DNA of 64,000 bases from positions 22,754,001 to 22,818,000 of the forward strand of contig NC_043003.1 of the NCBI RefSeq assembly GCF_006345805.1, in the 5' to 3' direction. The first letter of the stretch is position 1; each line of letters starts with the position of its first letter. Shown here piece after piece: positions 12,221 through 26,072 of the stretch. The position numbers were made by a program, and so were the translations under genes. The DNA is from Octopus sinensis (taxonomy: Eukaryota). A model generated the notes under the pieces. That model did not search any database. It saw only the letters and a list, made by a program, of their open reading frames with translations, and was not told where the DNA came from.

Positions 12221-13377
12221 AGAAAAAAGATGGTTGTTGCTGTCCTCAAAATAGTTCAGTGATCTGAAATAGTTTCAAGTCTTGGTCAGCACATCTGTTC
12301 CTTTCCCATAGTCTTTGTGAATTAGAGTTGCTATCTACTATGGTTCTTACTCTTTATGAAAGTAGCTGGTGTTTTGAGAATGATTTAGTAGCCATTGTTA
12401 GAAGATCGCTTGACTGCGTAAAACGCACCCTTAACAAATCGAATCAATATTGTTTAGAGTGCCGTAACAAAGTTAATGGCCCCGTGAAGCACAAGGTTTT
12501 TTTGGGTATTATATAAATCAATGTAACTGTGAAAAGTTATATTGACCAGTAGAAACCACACACGCGGTATAACGCTTCCATTAACATGTAGTACATAAAA
12601 ATAATACTCGACGAAAAGATCAATATTATAGAAATAAACTCATACAAAATCAGGAATTTGCATTTATAGCGATAAACTAAGCACTTTTGGCTGTTGTTAC
12701 AGTTGCTCCTCTTGTAATATAATCTATTCTCGTTCATATCTGATTCAGTTATCACTGATCCTGGATAACATGGTTACGCTTCAATGTTACGTGTTACGCT
12801 TATCAGGTATTGATCTGTGATAACACGGTTCTTGGTCAAAGATTATTCTTGCTTGAACTGTAAAAATGCAGCCCAAGCACCATTCACAATACTCAGGACA
12901 ACTTGGGGTCCGGGAACAATTATTATTCCTATTATTCCTATATGTTCTATTATTTATTCATCTCCGATTCATTTAACGCGTTTTTTATAAGCAACTTACC
13001 GTGATAAACGAAGATAGATGTACTTGATAGCTAGCTTACTGACCATCGCTGTTATGCTTGTTATGGCTACCAATACCACGTTCACATCTAGAAATACTCT
13101 GACCAGTGGTAGCTTTTGATGAAGCAAGTGGTACTTAACAGTCTGGTACTACGTCTCTTAGGAGTATCTTCTGACTGTATCAATCTGGGCTGTGTTGGGC
13201 TATATGCCCGGTGTCATCCTATTAACAAGTCCAAATGGTACGCTAATCTACGATACGTTTTTTCTGAATAGCGAAACTCGTTAGCATAACATCGGTTTGA
13301 GTTGCTGATCGGTCCAGATGACAATGAAGCAAGCACATTTGCTGACGAAATAAGCGCACTAACTGTCATGTATGAGT

Positions 13378-13765
13378 GGAGGCGCAATGGCCCAGTGGTT
13401 AGGGCAGCGGACTCGCGGTCATAGGATCGCAGTTTCGATTCCCAGACCGGGCGTTGTGAGTGTTTATTGAGCGAAAACACCTAAAATAGTTCCACGAGGC
13501 TCCGGCAGGGGATGGTGGTGATCCCTGCTGTACTCTTTCACCACAACTTTCTCTCACTCTTACTCCCTGTTTCTGTTGTACCTGTATTTCAAGGGGCCGG
13601 CCTTGTCACACTCTGTGTCACGCTGAATATCCCCGAGAACTACGTTAAGGGTGCATGTGTCTGTGGAGTGCTCAGCCACTTACACGTTAATTTCACGAGC
13701 AGGCTGTTCCGTTAATTCAGATCAGCCGGAACCCTCATCGTCGTAACCGACGGAAAGCTGCCATA
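13378..13765 (+). mobile_element. Family-D SINE with tRNA(Arg)-like head
   Basis: ggaggcgcaatggcccagtggttagggcagcggactcgcggtc...gtttcgattccc, with TCG at the anticodon position. Homologous to 47931 and 57313. Confidence 0.85.
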
Positions 13766-14027
13766 CAAGGTGACACCAATGCACCTTAGAGGTCGAATGA
13801 ACCTTTGTGCCAGTTGATTGGTTCGAAAGGTGATGACGTACGTACGTCTGTTGACACATACCTATCTGCGATTGGATCGTCGTTAGCAAAACCTCAGATC
13901 TACGTTTGATTGACATAAACATAGCAACATGAGGTATTTGTAACAAGATAAACTGGGGCTCTGTCAAATAACAAACGGAATTATCCATCCTGATGTGTAT
14001 CCATTTTAATATTTCATTTCACACAAA

Positions 14028-14215
14028 GGCAGCAAAATGGCAGAATCGTTGACACGCCGGACAAAATGCAACATTTCGTGCGTTTTTACGTTGAGTTCAA
14101 ATTCTACCGATGTTGGCTTTGCGTTTCATCTTTTTGGGGTAGATTGTATAAGTATCAGTCGAGCACTTGGGTCATTATAAACGATTAGTCTCCTCACACA
14201 AAATTGTTAGCCTAA
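14028..14215 (+). mobile_element. Diverged family-B SINE
   Basis: tggcagaatcgttgacacgccggacaaaatgc...gagttcaaattc. Confidence 0.75.
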
Positions 14216-14521
14216 GAGATTTCGCGGAGAGAGAAAGAAAGAAAGAGAGAAATGGATAGATAGCTAGATGCACATAAAAAAGAGTGTGATAGAAAAACAG
14301 AGAGAGAAAGAGATAAGAGTATTAACGTAACATACTCTTTCATTTCCTGCATTATGTTGTCTTTCCTGCTTCGGCAAAGAAACCGGTGTCTGTTTCGAAT
14401 ACACGCACACAAACATTTAATACTTTTACCTCAACCGCACATTACTTAAAGTTTCGTGGGCGTAGAATACATCCGTGTCATGAGATGTTCGGAGACAAAG
14501 TCTCTCTCTGTCTCTCTCTGC

Positions 14522-14565
<44 letters not shown>

Positions 14566-15009
14566 TGAATTCACGGAAGAACCAGCAAACACTAAACATA
14601 GATTTGAAAGCATTTGAAAACCACTTTAACATCTCGTTAATATTAAAGGAAGTCTAGCTTTTTGAAGCTACGGAGGCACTATATCTTAATAAATTTATTA
14701 TAAGAAAGTTCCACTTTCAGTTTATGGCTTGTTACATTTTACATTTACACTTATGGGCTAGAAAGTAAAAATAAAACACAAACAGATTACTGGAGTGTAA
14801 CAAAAACCAGAATACGGAACATATAAAGGCATTGGAAAGTGTAAGATATTTTAATTAAAATAGATTTTACGTCCTACATGCTCGACCAGAGAAGAAATAG
14901 AAGCTTTTGCACACAAGAAGTTGTATAACTCGTCTAAGGTTGGTAGACAGACAGCAAATAAAAAAAATTCACTATGCGAGGGAGTTGGAGCATAAAAAGC
15001 TAGTTTGGT

Positions 15010-15048
<39 letters not shown>

Positions 15049-15264
15049 TACACATATACTGACATATGCAGTCTCACAGACAAATACACATCATCGTCTC
15101 TCGCTTTCTCTCTTATAGTAAATTGTACTGTGCATTTATTTGTATATTTATTTGTTATCTGTTTTCTGTCCCGATAAATTTTACTAGCAGTGTAAAGTAA
15201 TAGAAAAAAGAAAGGTAGATTGGGAGAAAATGGAGTAATTGAAAAGATATGTGCTTCTTAAATA

Positions 15265-15291
15265 CGTATATATATATATATAATATATATA

Positions 15292-15334
<43 letters not shown>

Positions 15335-15365
15335 TATATGTATATATACAAACATTCATACGTAT

Positions 15366-15404
<39 letters not shown>

Positions 15405-15422
15405 ATATATATATATATATAT

Positions 15423-15480
<58 letters not shown>
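15265..15480. repeat. (TA)n/(CA)n microsatellite
   Basis: Directly visible. Confidence 0.95.
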
Positions 15481-15486
<6 letters not shown>

Positions 15487-15961
15487 GTTGTAAACAACGT
15501 ATATCCGAGAAACTATACATTACAAATAAATCTATAGAGCGTAAATTAATAGAAAGGAACAGAACCGGAGAAATGGGACAAAAAAGGGTGTAAGAAAAAG
15601 GAGAGAGTCTGAGGAAGAGACGAAGAAAAGGAGACGAGAATGTAAAGTGGCTGTCAGGATTCGACAGGAAAGAAAAACCTAACAAGAAATAAGTGAAAAA
15701 AAAAATGAAATGAAAATAATGATAAGGCAATGAATGAATCTATTCGTTCCTATAAAGACTGAAGTAGGTTGAACAAGAAATGTTTTCGAAGAGGCATGAG
15801 CAAAAACATGCCATCACAAATGCGATTATGCACAGAAACGTATAGTGTTACAGAATGCAGTGTTTTATAAACATAAAGCAGACACACACATGCACATACA
15901 CACTAAACACACATATTCAGGAACCCATCAGCAGTGTGTGTGTAATTATATTTTATAATTA

Positions 15962-16381
15962 GGCGCAGGAGTGGCTACGTGGTAAGTAGCTTGCTTACCA
16001 ACCACATGGTTCCGGGTTCAGTCCCACTGCGTGGCACTTTGGGCAAATGTCTTCTACTATAGCTTCGGGCCGAGTAAAGCCTTGTGAGTGGATTTGGTAG
16101 ATGGAAACTGAAAGAAGCCCGTCGTATATATGTATATATGTATATATGTATGTGTGTATATGTTTGTGTGTCTGTGTTTGTCCTCCAGCATCGCTTGACA
16201 ACCCATGGTGGTGTGTTTACGTTCCCGTCACTTAGCGGTTCGGCAAAAGAGACCGACAGAATAAGTACTAGGCTTACAAAGAATAAGTCCTGGGGTCGAT
16301 TCGCTCGACTAAAGGCGGTGCTCCAGCATGGCCGCAGTCAAATGACTGAAACAAGTAAAAGAGTAAAAAAGAGTAAAAGAG
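15962..16381 (+). mobile_element. Family-A SINE, near consensus
   Basis: From ggcgcaggagtggct through gtaaaagag tail repeats. Confidence 0.9.
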
Positions 16382-17269
16382 CATATCATATTTATAGATA
16401 CATACATGCATGCATATGCGTATGCGTATATAAATCCATGGTTGTATATTCGTAGAGTACACTCTTGATCCCTCTCTATATTCATGTGTGTGTGTGTGTG
16501 TGCCTGTGTACATACATAGATACATGCATGCATACATGCATACATGCATGCATACAAATCTAATTAGAGATTGAGGCAGGAAGCGCTTTGGGACTCATGA
16601 GTGATGCGAGTGCCTAATTTTTAAAGTAGATAGCAGAATATATTATGTTAAACTGAGCAAGTGATTAACTAAACAAATCATTAATCAAATTTCACGTTAC
16701 CCTAAATGAATAAGTTATTTTGTTACTATATCACAATCTTCCCTGTGGTATTGTTGTAATTGGTCACATCAACTAATTAATCAATCAAACAATCAATCAA
16801 TCAATCAATCAATCACTAGTAGTTTATCAGTACCTAAGGAGAAAATAATTGTAAGATAACGTATAATGTTAGTTCTCAACAACCAGCATTACCGTTGTGT
16901 GTTATATAACATACACATACGGTTTCTCTAACTATCACCAACACTGCTGTACATGTTTAATCACTCTCATTTTCTCTCGGGTATTTCTTCGTTCTTTTCA
17001 ATACTTTCTCCACCGTATTGCTTGAAGTATTTGCTTTACTCATTGGATACACAATTCTCTCTCAATCTTCATCTCTGTCAGGTGGACGACACATGCGCGT
17101 ATCGTATTAGCGGATGAGCATTATAATTTCTGAGGACGGACACACACACACACATGCATACAAACATGCATACATACATACACACACACGCGCAGATACA
17201 TCTGAAACACATACAAATACTAACAAACACGACATAGGTAACACATATGCAAAAGATAATCGGTATACA

Positions 17270-17434
17270 GGTGCAGGAGTGGCTGTGCGGTAAGTAGCTT
17301 GCTTACCAGCCACATGGTTCTGGGTTCAGTCCCACTGCGTGGCACCTTGGCTCAGTGTCTTCTACTATAGCATCAGGCCGACCAAAGCCTTGTGAGTGGA
17401 TTTGGTAGACGGAAACTGAAAGAAGCTCGTCGTC

Positions 17435-17490
<56 letters not shown>

Positions 17491-17498
17491 TATATATA

Positions 17499-17568
<70 letters not shown>

Positions 17569-17800
17569 GTGTGTATATGTTTGAGTGTCTTTGTTGGCCC
17601 CCGCTAACATCGCTTGACAACCTATGTTGGTGTGTTTACGTCCCCGTAACGTAGCGGTTCGGCAAAAGGGACCGATAGAATAAGTACTAGGCTTACAAAG
17701 AATATGTCCTGGGGTCGATTTGCTCGACTAAAGGCGGTGCTCCAGCATGGCCACACTCAAATGACTGAAACAAGTAAAAGATAAAAGAGAAGAAAAGAGA
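17270..17800 (+). mobile_element. Family-A SINE with expanded internal (TA)n
   Basis: Same head and tail as 15962. Confidence 0.9.
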
Positions 17801-18287
17801 ATACACACTTCAGATCATATTTTCATACACGCATCCACTCGCAGATATATAAAAATGTTAACGTACACACACAGAAACACACACATTACAAACAGCGTAT
17901 ATTTAAAGTAATATGTTCCCTATCTACCCCTCCTTTAATGCTTTTCTAGAAATGATATCGGTTTCATAGTCTCGTCACACATGATACTTCAATCAATTAA
18001 GAAATTTTCGCAAATCACGGATTCGTAGTCTGTGAGCCATTTTTGGGTTATTTAAACTGGACACGCGATCGGGTTGTGGCTCAGTTAATTCAACCAGTCA
18101 AGTCTAGTAACCGATTCTCTCAGATTCCTACATACAGACACCAGCAATCAACAACACGCACCAGAATCGACTGGCAGCTGTTAACTTCGTTCCTTCTACA
18201 TTTCGGTCTGTCTGTTAATATACGTGCACCACTAAAATTAAAATTTAGCTGAGAAGGATTTATTTAAAATTATTTTGTAAACACTGG

Positions 18288-19175
18288 GACGCAGGAGTGG
18301 CTGTGTGGTAAAAAGGTTGCTTCCCAACCACATGGTTCCGGGTTCAGTCCTACAGCATGAAATCTTGACCAAGTGTTGTCTACAATAGCTTTGGGCCAAC
18401 CAAAGGCTTGTGAGTGGATCTGGTAGACGGAAACTGAGACGGAAACTGGTTGTTTTCAGTGAGCCTTCTGTTGGCTTTAGAGTTCATCTGACTTCTAGCA
18501 AAGCTGGTACTTTCTAGTACCCTCAAATGATTATCATATAATTATTATATATAGGCGCAGGAGTGGCTGTGTGGTAAGTAGCTTGCTAACCAGCCACATG
18601 GTTCCGGGTTCAGTCCCACTGCGTGGCACCTTGGGCAAGTGTCTTCTGCTATAGCCCCGGGCCGACTAACGCCTTGTGAGTGGATTTGGTAGATGGAAAC
18701 TGAAAGAAGCCCGTCGTATATATATGTATATATATATATATGTATGTGTGTGTATGTGTTTGTGTGTCTGTGTTTGTCTCCACACCGATGCTGGTGTGTT
18801 TACGTCCCCGTCACTTAGCGGTTCGGCAAAAAGAGACCGATAGAATAAGTACTGGGCTTACAAAGAATAAGTCCCGGGTTCGATTTGCTCGACTAAAGGC
18901 GGTGCTCCAGTATGGCCACAGTCAAATGACTGAAACAAGTAAAAGAGAAAGAGTATACATATATGTGTGTGTATCATATTTTCCGTTGTCTTTTTATTTA
19001 ATCCTGAATATATATATATACATATCTACACATATACGTATGTGTGTATGTGTTTGTCCCACCATCACCGCTTAACCACTGGTGCTGGTGTGTTTACGTC
19101 TCCGTTATGTAGCTGTTCGGCAAATGTCACCTATGGAATTACTGCTAGGATTATAAAATAATAACTCCTGGGGGC
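18288..19175 (+). mobile_element. Family-A SINE group: 5' fragment (18288-18450), full copy (18554-18953), 3' fragment (19030-19175)
   Basis: Matches to the family-A consensus. Confidence 0.85.
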
Positions 19176-20379
19176 AATTTTTCCCCCTCCATGCTGATTC
19201 TCACAAATCTTTTTCTTCAAATAGCATTTATCCTATATAACTTTACAAAACAAATATATGCTCGTGAACGTTGTCGAATGGTCTGTGTAATCACAGAAAT
19301 ATTTATGAATATGCATAAACGAATTTATGAAAACGTTTTTGATAGAGATGTTATAAATTAAGGTTTGACATAATCCAAGAATGAATTGAATCTATTCAAA
19401 ACTGTATTTTCAAACAGCGTAATTATCATTGCGCTCTTGTACCAAATAGGTCGGAAGAGGTCTTTTTTCTATTCATATTTTTCAAATAAAACAAAAAATA
19501 TATAATTTATAACTGGATTTTTTTTCCTACGAACACTGTTTTACTTTCCTACATACGTTTTAACCATGTCATTGCAATTCAAAAGCAGATATGTGAAATA
19601 CAAAAGGGTAGTGATAAAAGGATCAAGAGATGAACGAGGACACAGAGGAAAACGGTCATATGGGAATATTGATATTACTTTCAAACGCTAGGTGATGAAT
19701 ATTTATCACCAGAAGCTGATCTATCTGGCCAAGAAAAAAATTGAAAACGAAATGATTTATCTTAATACTAGAGTGACAGTATTGATCATAGAGAGATTGC
19801 AGTGACAAAGAAGCCTTTCCTGAAAGTGAACAGATTACGACGAACTTAAAACCTAGCTTGAAAAAGAGCACATCAAAGACACACGTGATGGATTTCATAC
19901 AGGAAATTTAATACAAGGATGCGCGTAAAATAATGAAAATGTGTGTGGAAAGGGCATTCCTTTGCCCCAAACCGTTTTAAGTGGTAGTAAGCAGGAAGGA
20001 TTTAAAGGTGGCCTCGTTAGACAGAGGAGTCATAAAGATTTGTAAAGGCAGTTTGTCACGAAACAATACATACACTGTTTACCATGTCGACTGTTTGGGA
20101 AAGGCAACGTTAATGTAACTGCCTTTGACAATAGAAAATAGATGGTCGACACAACACACACGTTCGCACGAATGCGCGCACACAGGCAAACACACACATT
20201 CTCTTTCTCTCCCTTGAATACATACAGAATAAAGAAAGCAAACTAAGGAAAATGTATCAGAATACCTGAATATAAACACAGTAATCAGCATAAATTGAAT
20301 TGTGTATCATAGAGAGAAATCAAACAAATAGTTTATTCAAACAGAAGCATCGAACATTCTCTGCATAAATAAATTATGG

Positions 20380-22600
20380 GAGAGAAGGCTAAATGGACTA
20401 ATGTTTTACACTGTCTACTTGCTATAATTTTATTTTGTGGTGAATGGGGGTTATCATTCCATAGTACTGCTCATCTCATTGGCGATATTCACAATACCTT
20501 CGTTGGTTAGGTTGAACTTTTGTTTCATTTGGATTCTATAGTTGAAACCCATGTCAGGCTGATCAAAGGAAGCCATGAAAAAGGAGAAATGTTGCCAGCG
20601 AAATATTTGTCAGTTGAATCGCAAAATGAATTTATTTCTCGTTGCTCTGATTTCGTTATGAAATACATACATTTTGAAAGATCAAAGCCAAAATACTGTT
20701 CAATAATAGTGAATCCAACACGGGATTCTGCACATGTTGGACAGACAACACTTTATCTTCGAAAATTGTAGGAATTTAGGATTCCTCAGAGATGTTGCAT
20801 CTTTTAGGAACCAGGTTCTGAGATTGTAAAACGGGTAAAGTAAACACTGAATAAGAATTGCACCATCTTAAAAGATTGAAGGGGTCAATGACAACAAAAG
20901 GTTTCAATATGGTAGTTAAGTTCACTGGAGTAAAATCAATACTGTTTAAGGACAATCCTCATGCTACTTTCTCACAATGGGGTTGTAATACATTGAATTT
21001 GTAAAACCAATTCTGCTGAGTGTTGTAGTAATCTTTATCGGACATATAGCATGTGTCTATATTCCCTTATTATTTATCTTCCACCAAAATTGCAAATTTT
21101 TCTATACTGAACAGATTCTTTCCCGTTGCATCGTGTCTGAATTTCCCGTTTTTTAGCTGGAATGGACGGCGGAGAAATCCTTTGCAACAAGCGCCACTGA
21201 TATATTTACACTGAGATGTGCTCTGAAACCTAATCAGACCCCGATATGACCAAGAATGAAGTAACAAGAACAATTAAATACACACAAAAGTATACTAATG
21301 TCGGGTTTAACAGTTTTGATTTCACTAACATCTATAAGGTATCGTGGTTATCCATCTGCAGGTAGAAACGTTGGCACGCCGGGCGAAATGCTTAGCAGTA
21401 TTTCGTCTGTCGTTACGTTCTGTGTTCAAATTCCACCGAGGTCGACTTTGCCTTTCATCTTTTCGGGGTCGATTAAATAAGTACCAGTTACGCACTGGGG
21501 TCGATGTAATAGACTTAATCCGTTTGTCTGTCCTTGTTTGTCCTCTCTGTGTTTAGCCCCTTGTGGGTAGTAAAGAAATAGGCATTTCGTCTGCCGTTAC
21601 GTTCTGAGTTCAAATTCCGCCGAGGTCGACTTTGCCTTTCATCCTTTCCGGGTCGATAAATTAAGTACCAGTTACGCACTGAAGTCGATATAATCGACTT
21701 AATCCGTTTGTCTGTCCTTGTCTGTCCTCTCTGTGTTTAGCCCCTTGTGGGTAGTAAAGAAATAGGTTATCCATCTGCTTCAGGTTCAACACCCTCGACA
21801 CCTGACAACATCAGCAACACGGCATTACAGTCACTCATCTGATTCAAGTTCAGCATAGTTGACACCGTTGAGAATTGTAACACGTTATTGCAGAACGACT
21901 GAGAAATACTGTTAAAGGTATTAAAGTAACGAACGTCGATACGATCATAGGAAATTTATAGAAACTGCGAGATAATTTTGACAACCTACCGATAGATTTA
22001 AAACATATAGCTGACAGTTTGCAAACTAGAAAAGTAAATAAGAGAAACTAAAAGAAATCTTTTGATGCGATACAGACAATTGATGAAAGCCACGTAAATT
22101 GTCCTGACATATCAGTAAAATCAGTGTTTCAGCGATATCTTTTAGTTTGTCATTGTCAATTATGTCATTAGTGATTTAAACAAGAATATTGAAGATACAC
22201 AAAAATTTCGGATACTTTTAAAATTTCTGTGACATTACTTATCCATATCTGAAAATAGCTACTTTGACCGCAAGGACAAAGTGCTTGTAATTTTCAGAAA
22301 TTTACTATGCTGATGGGGAAAAAAAAACAAACAAACAGCCTTACTATAACGTTCGTTGAATAAAATTATTTTGACAAGAAGGAAATAAAAAAAACCCAGT
22401 TCAAATCTGTCATAGGGTCATCTGACAGTTTTAGATCAATTTAGAATGAAATGAAATTGGTACTCAGTCAATATATTGATTTCAGACATATCATGTAAAA
22501 GGTTGTGCAGGAAACACGAAAGGACTTTTGCAGACGGAGAAAATCCAGTTTGTCATATTGTGATCTTTCATAATAAATTATTAAATTGCCTCGTTTTGGT
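20380..22600 (+). pseudogene. Degenerate hAT transposase (ZMYM1/DUF4371-like) remnant, interrupted by a SINE
   Basis: Translations GLSFHST.HLIGDIHN, KYLSVESQNEFISRCSDFVMKYIHFERSKPKYCSIIVNPTRDSAHVGQ, and GFNMVVKFTGVKSILFKDNPHATFSQWGCNTLNL (cf. hAT GQ.YD.A.NM.G...GV...I...NP.A.F.PC..H.LNL). Stops and frameshifts. The right boundary is uncertain. Confidence 0.8.
21360..21764 (+). mobile_element. Family-B SINE variant with Tx1-LINE-like tail; partial dimer with 14-bp TSD
   Basis: TSD ggttatccatctgc at 21346-21359 and 21765-21778. Two units each end tttgtcctctctgtgtttagccccttgtgggtagtaaagaaata. Confidence 0.9.
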
Positions 22601-22844
22601 TCCAGTAACTGATAGGTGATTGTCTTAAAGCAATTTTCCCCCCTCCTTCGGTATATATTCACTATAGGCTCTTACACACAAATACATTTATTTCGAAATT
22701 TGATACATTTCTCTCTTTAGGTTATCTGCACGGTTTATAAGGTCATGGTGCAATTTTAGTGTCTTCTATCATCATTTATCTTTTCAGTTTCATTATCTAC
22801 ATATATATAACTGTTTCTGAACATAGATACATAATGCATGCATG

Positions 22845-23062
22845 CATACATACATACATACATACATACATACATACATACATACATACATACATACATA
22901 CACACAAATACATACATACACACAAATACATACATACACATACATACATACATACATATATACATACATACATACATACATACATACATACATACATACA
23001 CACACACATACATACATACATACATACATATATACATACATACATATGTGTGTGTGTGTGTG
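22845..23062. repeat. (TACA)n / (TG)n microsatellite
   Basis: Directly visible. Confidence 0.95.
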
Positions 23063-23360
23063 TGAAGGCGCATAGCTTAGTGGTTAGGGTCTTGCACTCA
23101 CGATTGCGAAACCGTGGGTTTGATTCCCAGACTGGGCGTTGCGTTGTGCTCTTCAGCAAAGCATTTCATTTCACGTTGCTCAGCGATCATTTCGTCATCT
23201 GACATGTGGCACATGATGTACCTATACAGGTAATGTCGATTTGACGGCGGGAGTGAGGTTAAGTGTACATAAACATTTGATCACTATAACGAAATCCTCT
23301 GTGGGGTTGTTCGGCAAGAAACTGCCGAACCCTTATACGTCGTCTAACGACGGGAGATTC
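23063..23360 (+). mobile_element. SINE with family-C head and family-D-like tail
   Basis: Head tagcttagtggttaggg...ggtttgattccc...gttgtgctcttcagcaaagcatttcatttcacgttgctc. Tail gaaccct..cgtcgtctaacgacgg. Confidence 0.75.
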
Positions 23361-23379
23361 TGACATGCACATATATATA

Positions 23380-23606
23380 CGGTTTTCATAAATTATCTTA
23401 ACAACTTCCACAATATATTGTATCTATTGAAGTTGCGATCCATGAATCAACATCTTTTGCAACCACTTGATCCCATGTGGAAGTGTTCTGATGTTTGGTA
23501 TAAAACTTTAATTGTTTGTCTATGTTTTCCGATTAATTCTGCCGAAGTATCCTTATTTAACATTTCTCAGTTTTTCAAATTATAAAGATAATTTATAGAC
23601 ACCTTG
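23380..23606. mobile_element. Degenerate Tc1/mariner-type MITE
   Basis: Imperfect TIRs sharing ataaattatctt / aagataatttat, flanked by TA. Confidence 0.5.
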
Positions 23607-23829
23607 TATATACATATATACATACATACGTATGTATGTATGTATGTATGTATGTATGTATGTATGTATGTATGTATGTATGTATGTATGTGTGCGCATA
23701 CCTTCGTGACTTGTATTCTTCGTATTCTTATAAACATCTCATCTAAATATATTTAGCTTTGTTCATGAATGTACAATAAACATGAACATTTTGCAGTTTG
23801 AACTATTTTCACATATGTATGTATCTGGC

Positions 23830-24441
23830 AGTCGTCATCACCTCTCTGCTCCACGGCTGTGGGACGTGGACGCTATATAGGAGGCAAATGCGAGTACTTA
23901 AACCAGTTCCACCTCCGCTGCTTGAAACGAATCATGGGAATTTCCTGGGAGGACTGAGTCTCCAACACTGAGGTGCTTCGCAGAGCCGAAATGCCCGGAA
24001 TCGCGAGCTCTCCTCGTGAAATTCCAGCTTCGGTGGGTCGAACATGTAGTCCGAATGGACGATGCGCGTCTACCAAAGATAACCTTCTTCTCTGAGCTGG
24101 CTTCTGGAGCAAGAAACCCTGGAAGGTCACTGAGGCGAAACAAGGACAGTCTGACGACTTCGCTTGAGGCCTGCAGCATTTCAGCCCGTGGCTGGGAATC
24201 GCTTGCTTCTGACCGCGGCGCCTGGCATCCAGCTTCCAAAAGGGTATTAGGCTGTTCGGGGAAAAGCGCCTCAAGAGCCTGGACCATAAGCGACAAGCCC
24301 GAAAAGAGAGGATCCTCAACCCTATTTGTTCTGTTACGTGCCCAACATGTGGCCGCGTCTGCGCGTCTGCCTTTGGGTTCCGTTCCCACCTCCAAGCGTC
24401 TCTGACGTCATTGTCGAATCCAGACAGATTTCCTGTATTAT
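23830..24441 (+). mobile_element. RTE (BovB-like) LINE 3' fragment with ~150-bp flanking direct repeat
   Basis: Translation LLHGCGTWTLY, VSNTEVLRRAEMP, QLRWVEHVVRMDDARLPK, LASDRGAW, then the C-terminal finger CPTCGRVCASAFGFRSH. Short (TAT)n tail. Confidence 0.9.
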
Positions 24442-24932
24442 TATGTATGTGTGCGCATACCTTCGTGACTTGTATTATTTCTTCGTATTCTTATAAACAC
24501 CTCATCTAAATACATTTAGCTTGGTTCATGAATGTACAATAAAAATGAACATTTTGCAGTTTGAACTATTTTCACATATGTATACATCTGGCTACGGGCG
24601 TAAATTAAATGGAATTTGTCATGCTGCCACCCACACATATACGCACGCGTACTTGTGCGTATATACATATGAATGTCGGTTATATTTCATTGTGTGTGAA
24701 AGTGTGTATATGTGTGTATAAAGTTACTAAATCTAATTATTTTTCTGGCTATACTGTAGGTGAGTTACCGTAACCGGTTTATAATTAAACACCGAATAAA
24801 ATAAATAATTAATGTATATTTAACATTAAGTTGTTTTTCGTGGACATATCCAACCGCATAAACTACTTTATATACACATAAACATAACAGATTCATTAAA
24901 TAAAGTATGCCATTCTTCTGACAGCTTACGAT

Positions 24933-25512
24933 GAGGCTACCATGTGCACAATACAAGTTTACGAGTGGTTTTCTCGCTTTAGGAATGGTCACTTGTCGCT
25001 TGAAAACGAACCTCGTTCAGGGTGACCGTCTACCTCCCTAACGAATGAAAACATCATGAAAATTCATGAACTGATCTTAGAGGGCCCTCATCAATCACTT
25101 GACGAACTTGTTGATATGACTGGTGTGTACTGGAATTCCTGCCAACTAATTTTGAGCGAGGAATTGCTAATGAAAAGAGTTGCAGCAAAATTTTTGCCTC
25201 GCTTGCTCACAGAAGATCAAAAGCAGTCACAGTTGGAAATTGATTCGGACCTTTCTCCGAAGGTCAGCAGTGGTGACAAAAGCTGGTGTTACGGAATTTG
25301 CAGATGTAGAAGAGGTGAAGAAAAAAGTAACAGAGGCGTTGAAAGGCATCATTTCGCAAGAGTTCCAGCACTGCTTCGAAAAGTGTAAATCGCGTCTGGA
25401 CCGATGCATTGCTTCAAATGGAGAATACTTTGAAGGCGATTGAAGTGTAAACATGTAAAACTAAGTCAATAAAAAATTATAGTAAAATTCCACTTTCTTT
25501 TGGGTAACCCCT
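24933..25512 (+). mobile_element. Internally deleted mariner transposon remnant
   Basis: Translation QVYEWFSRFRNG, EPRSG.PS, LILSEELLMKRVAAKFLPRLLT, SGDKSWCYG, then FADVEEVKKK, RLDRCIASNGEYFEGD*. TIR-like end tttgggtaacccc-ta. Confidence 0.85.
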
Positions 25513-25515
25513 ATA

Positions 25516-25575
<60 letters not shown>

Positions 25576-26072
25576 GTGTGTTGTGCGTGTGTGTGTGTGT
25601 ATGCGTATGTGTGTGTATTAGTGTTTGTGCTTCTCACCATGGCTTGAAAAACAGTGCTAGATTGCTTACGACCGTATAACTTAGCGGTTTGTCAAAAGAC
25701 ATCGATAGAATAAGTACCAGACATTGAAATAATACTAGGGTCAGTTTGTTCGACTACATCCTTCAAGTCGGTACAAGTTAAAGATAAAAGATGCTGATCT
25801 CTGTAGAAATGTTAAAGAACTTGACTATATTGTTTCGTTTTACTATGTCAAGTAATTGGCTTATATCCCAATATTTTCACCCACATTTCTTCCTTTCCTT
25901 ACTCTGAGCTCATAAAGTAAGTACCAATAATGCAATTGTGTTAATTCAATGATCTGTACACCTAAACTACAATCTTTCGTCTCATAGTCAAAGAAGAGAT
26001 ATAGTGGAAAGTTAATACAAGGATGATGTAATTTCAATAACGTCAAGTCACCAGAATAAATACATTAGGTAT

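Noticed and set aside
13378-13455. tRNA-Arg(TCG)-like sequences (also at 47931 and 57600-57676)
   Set aside because: They are SINE heads with no proper acceptor stem, and they continue into the SINE body.
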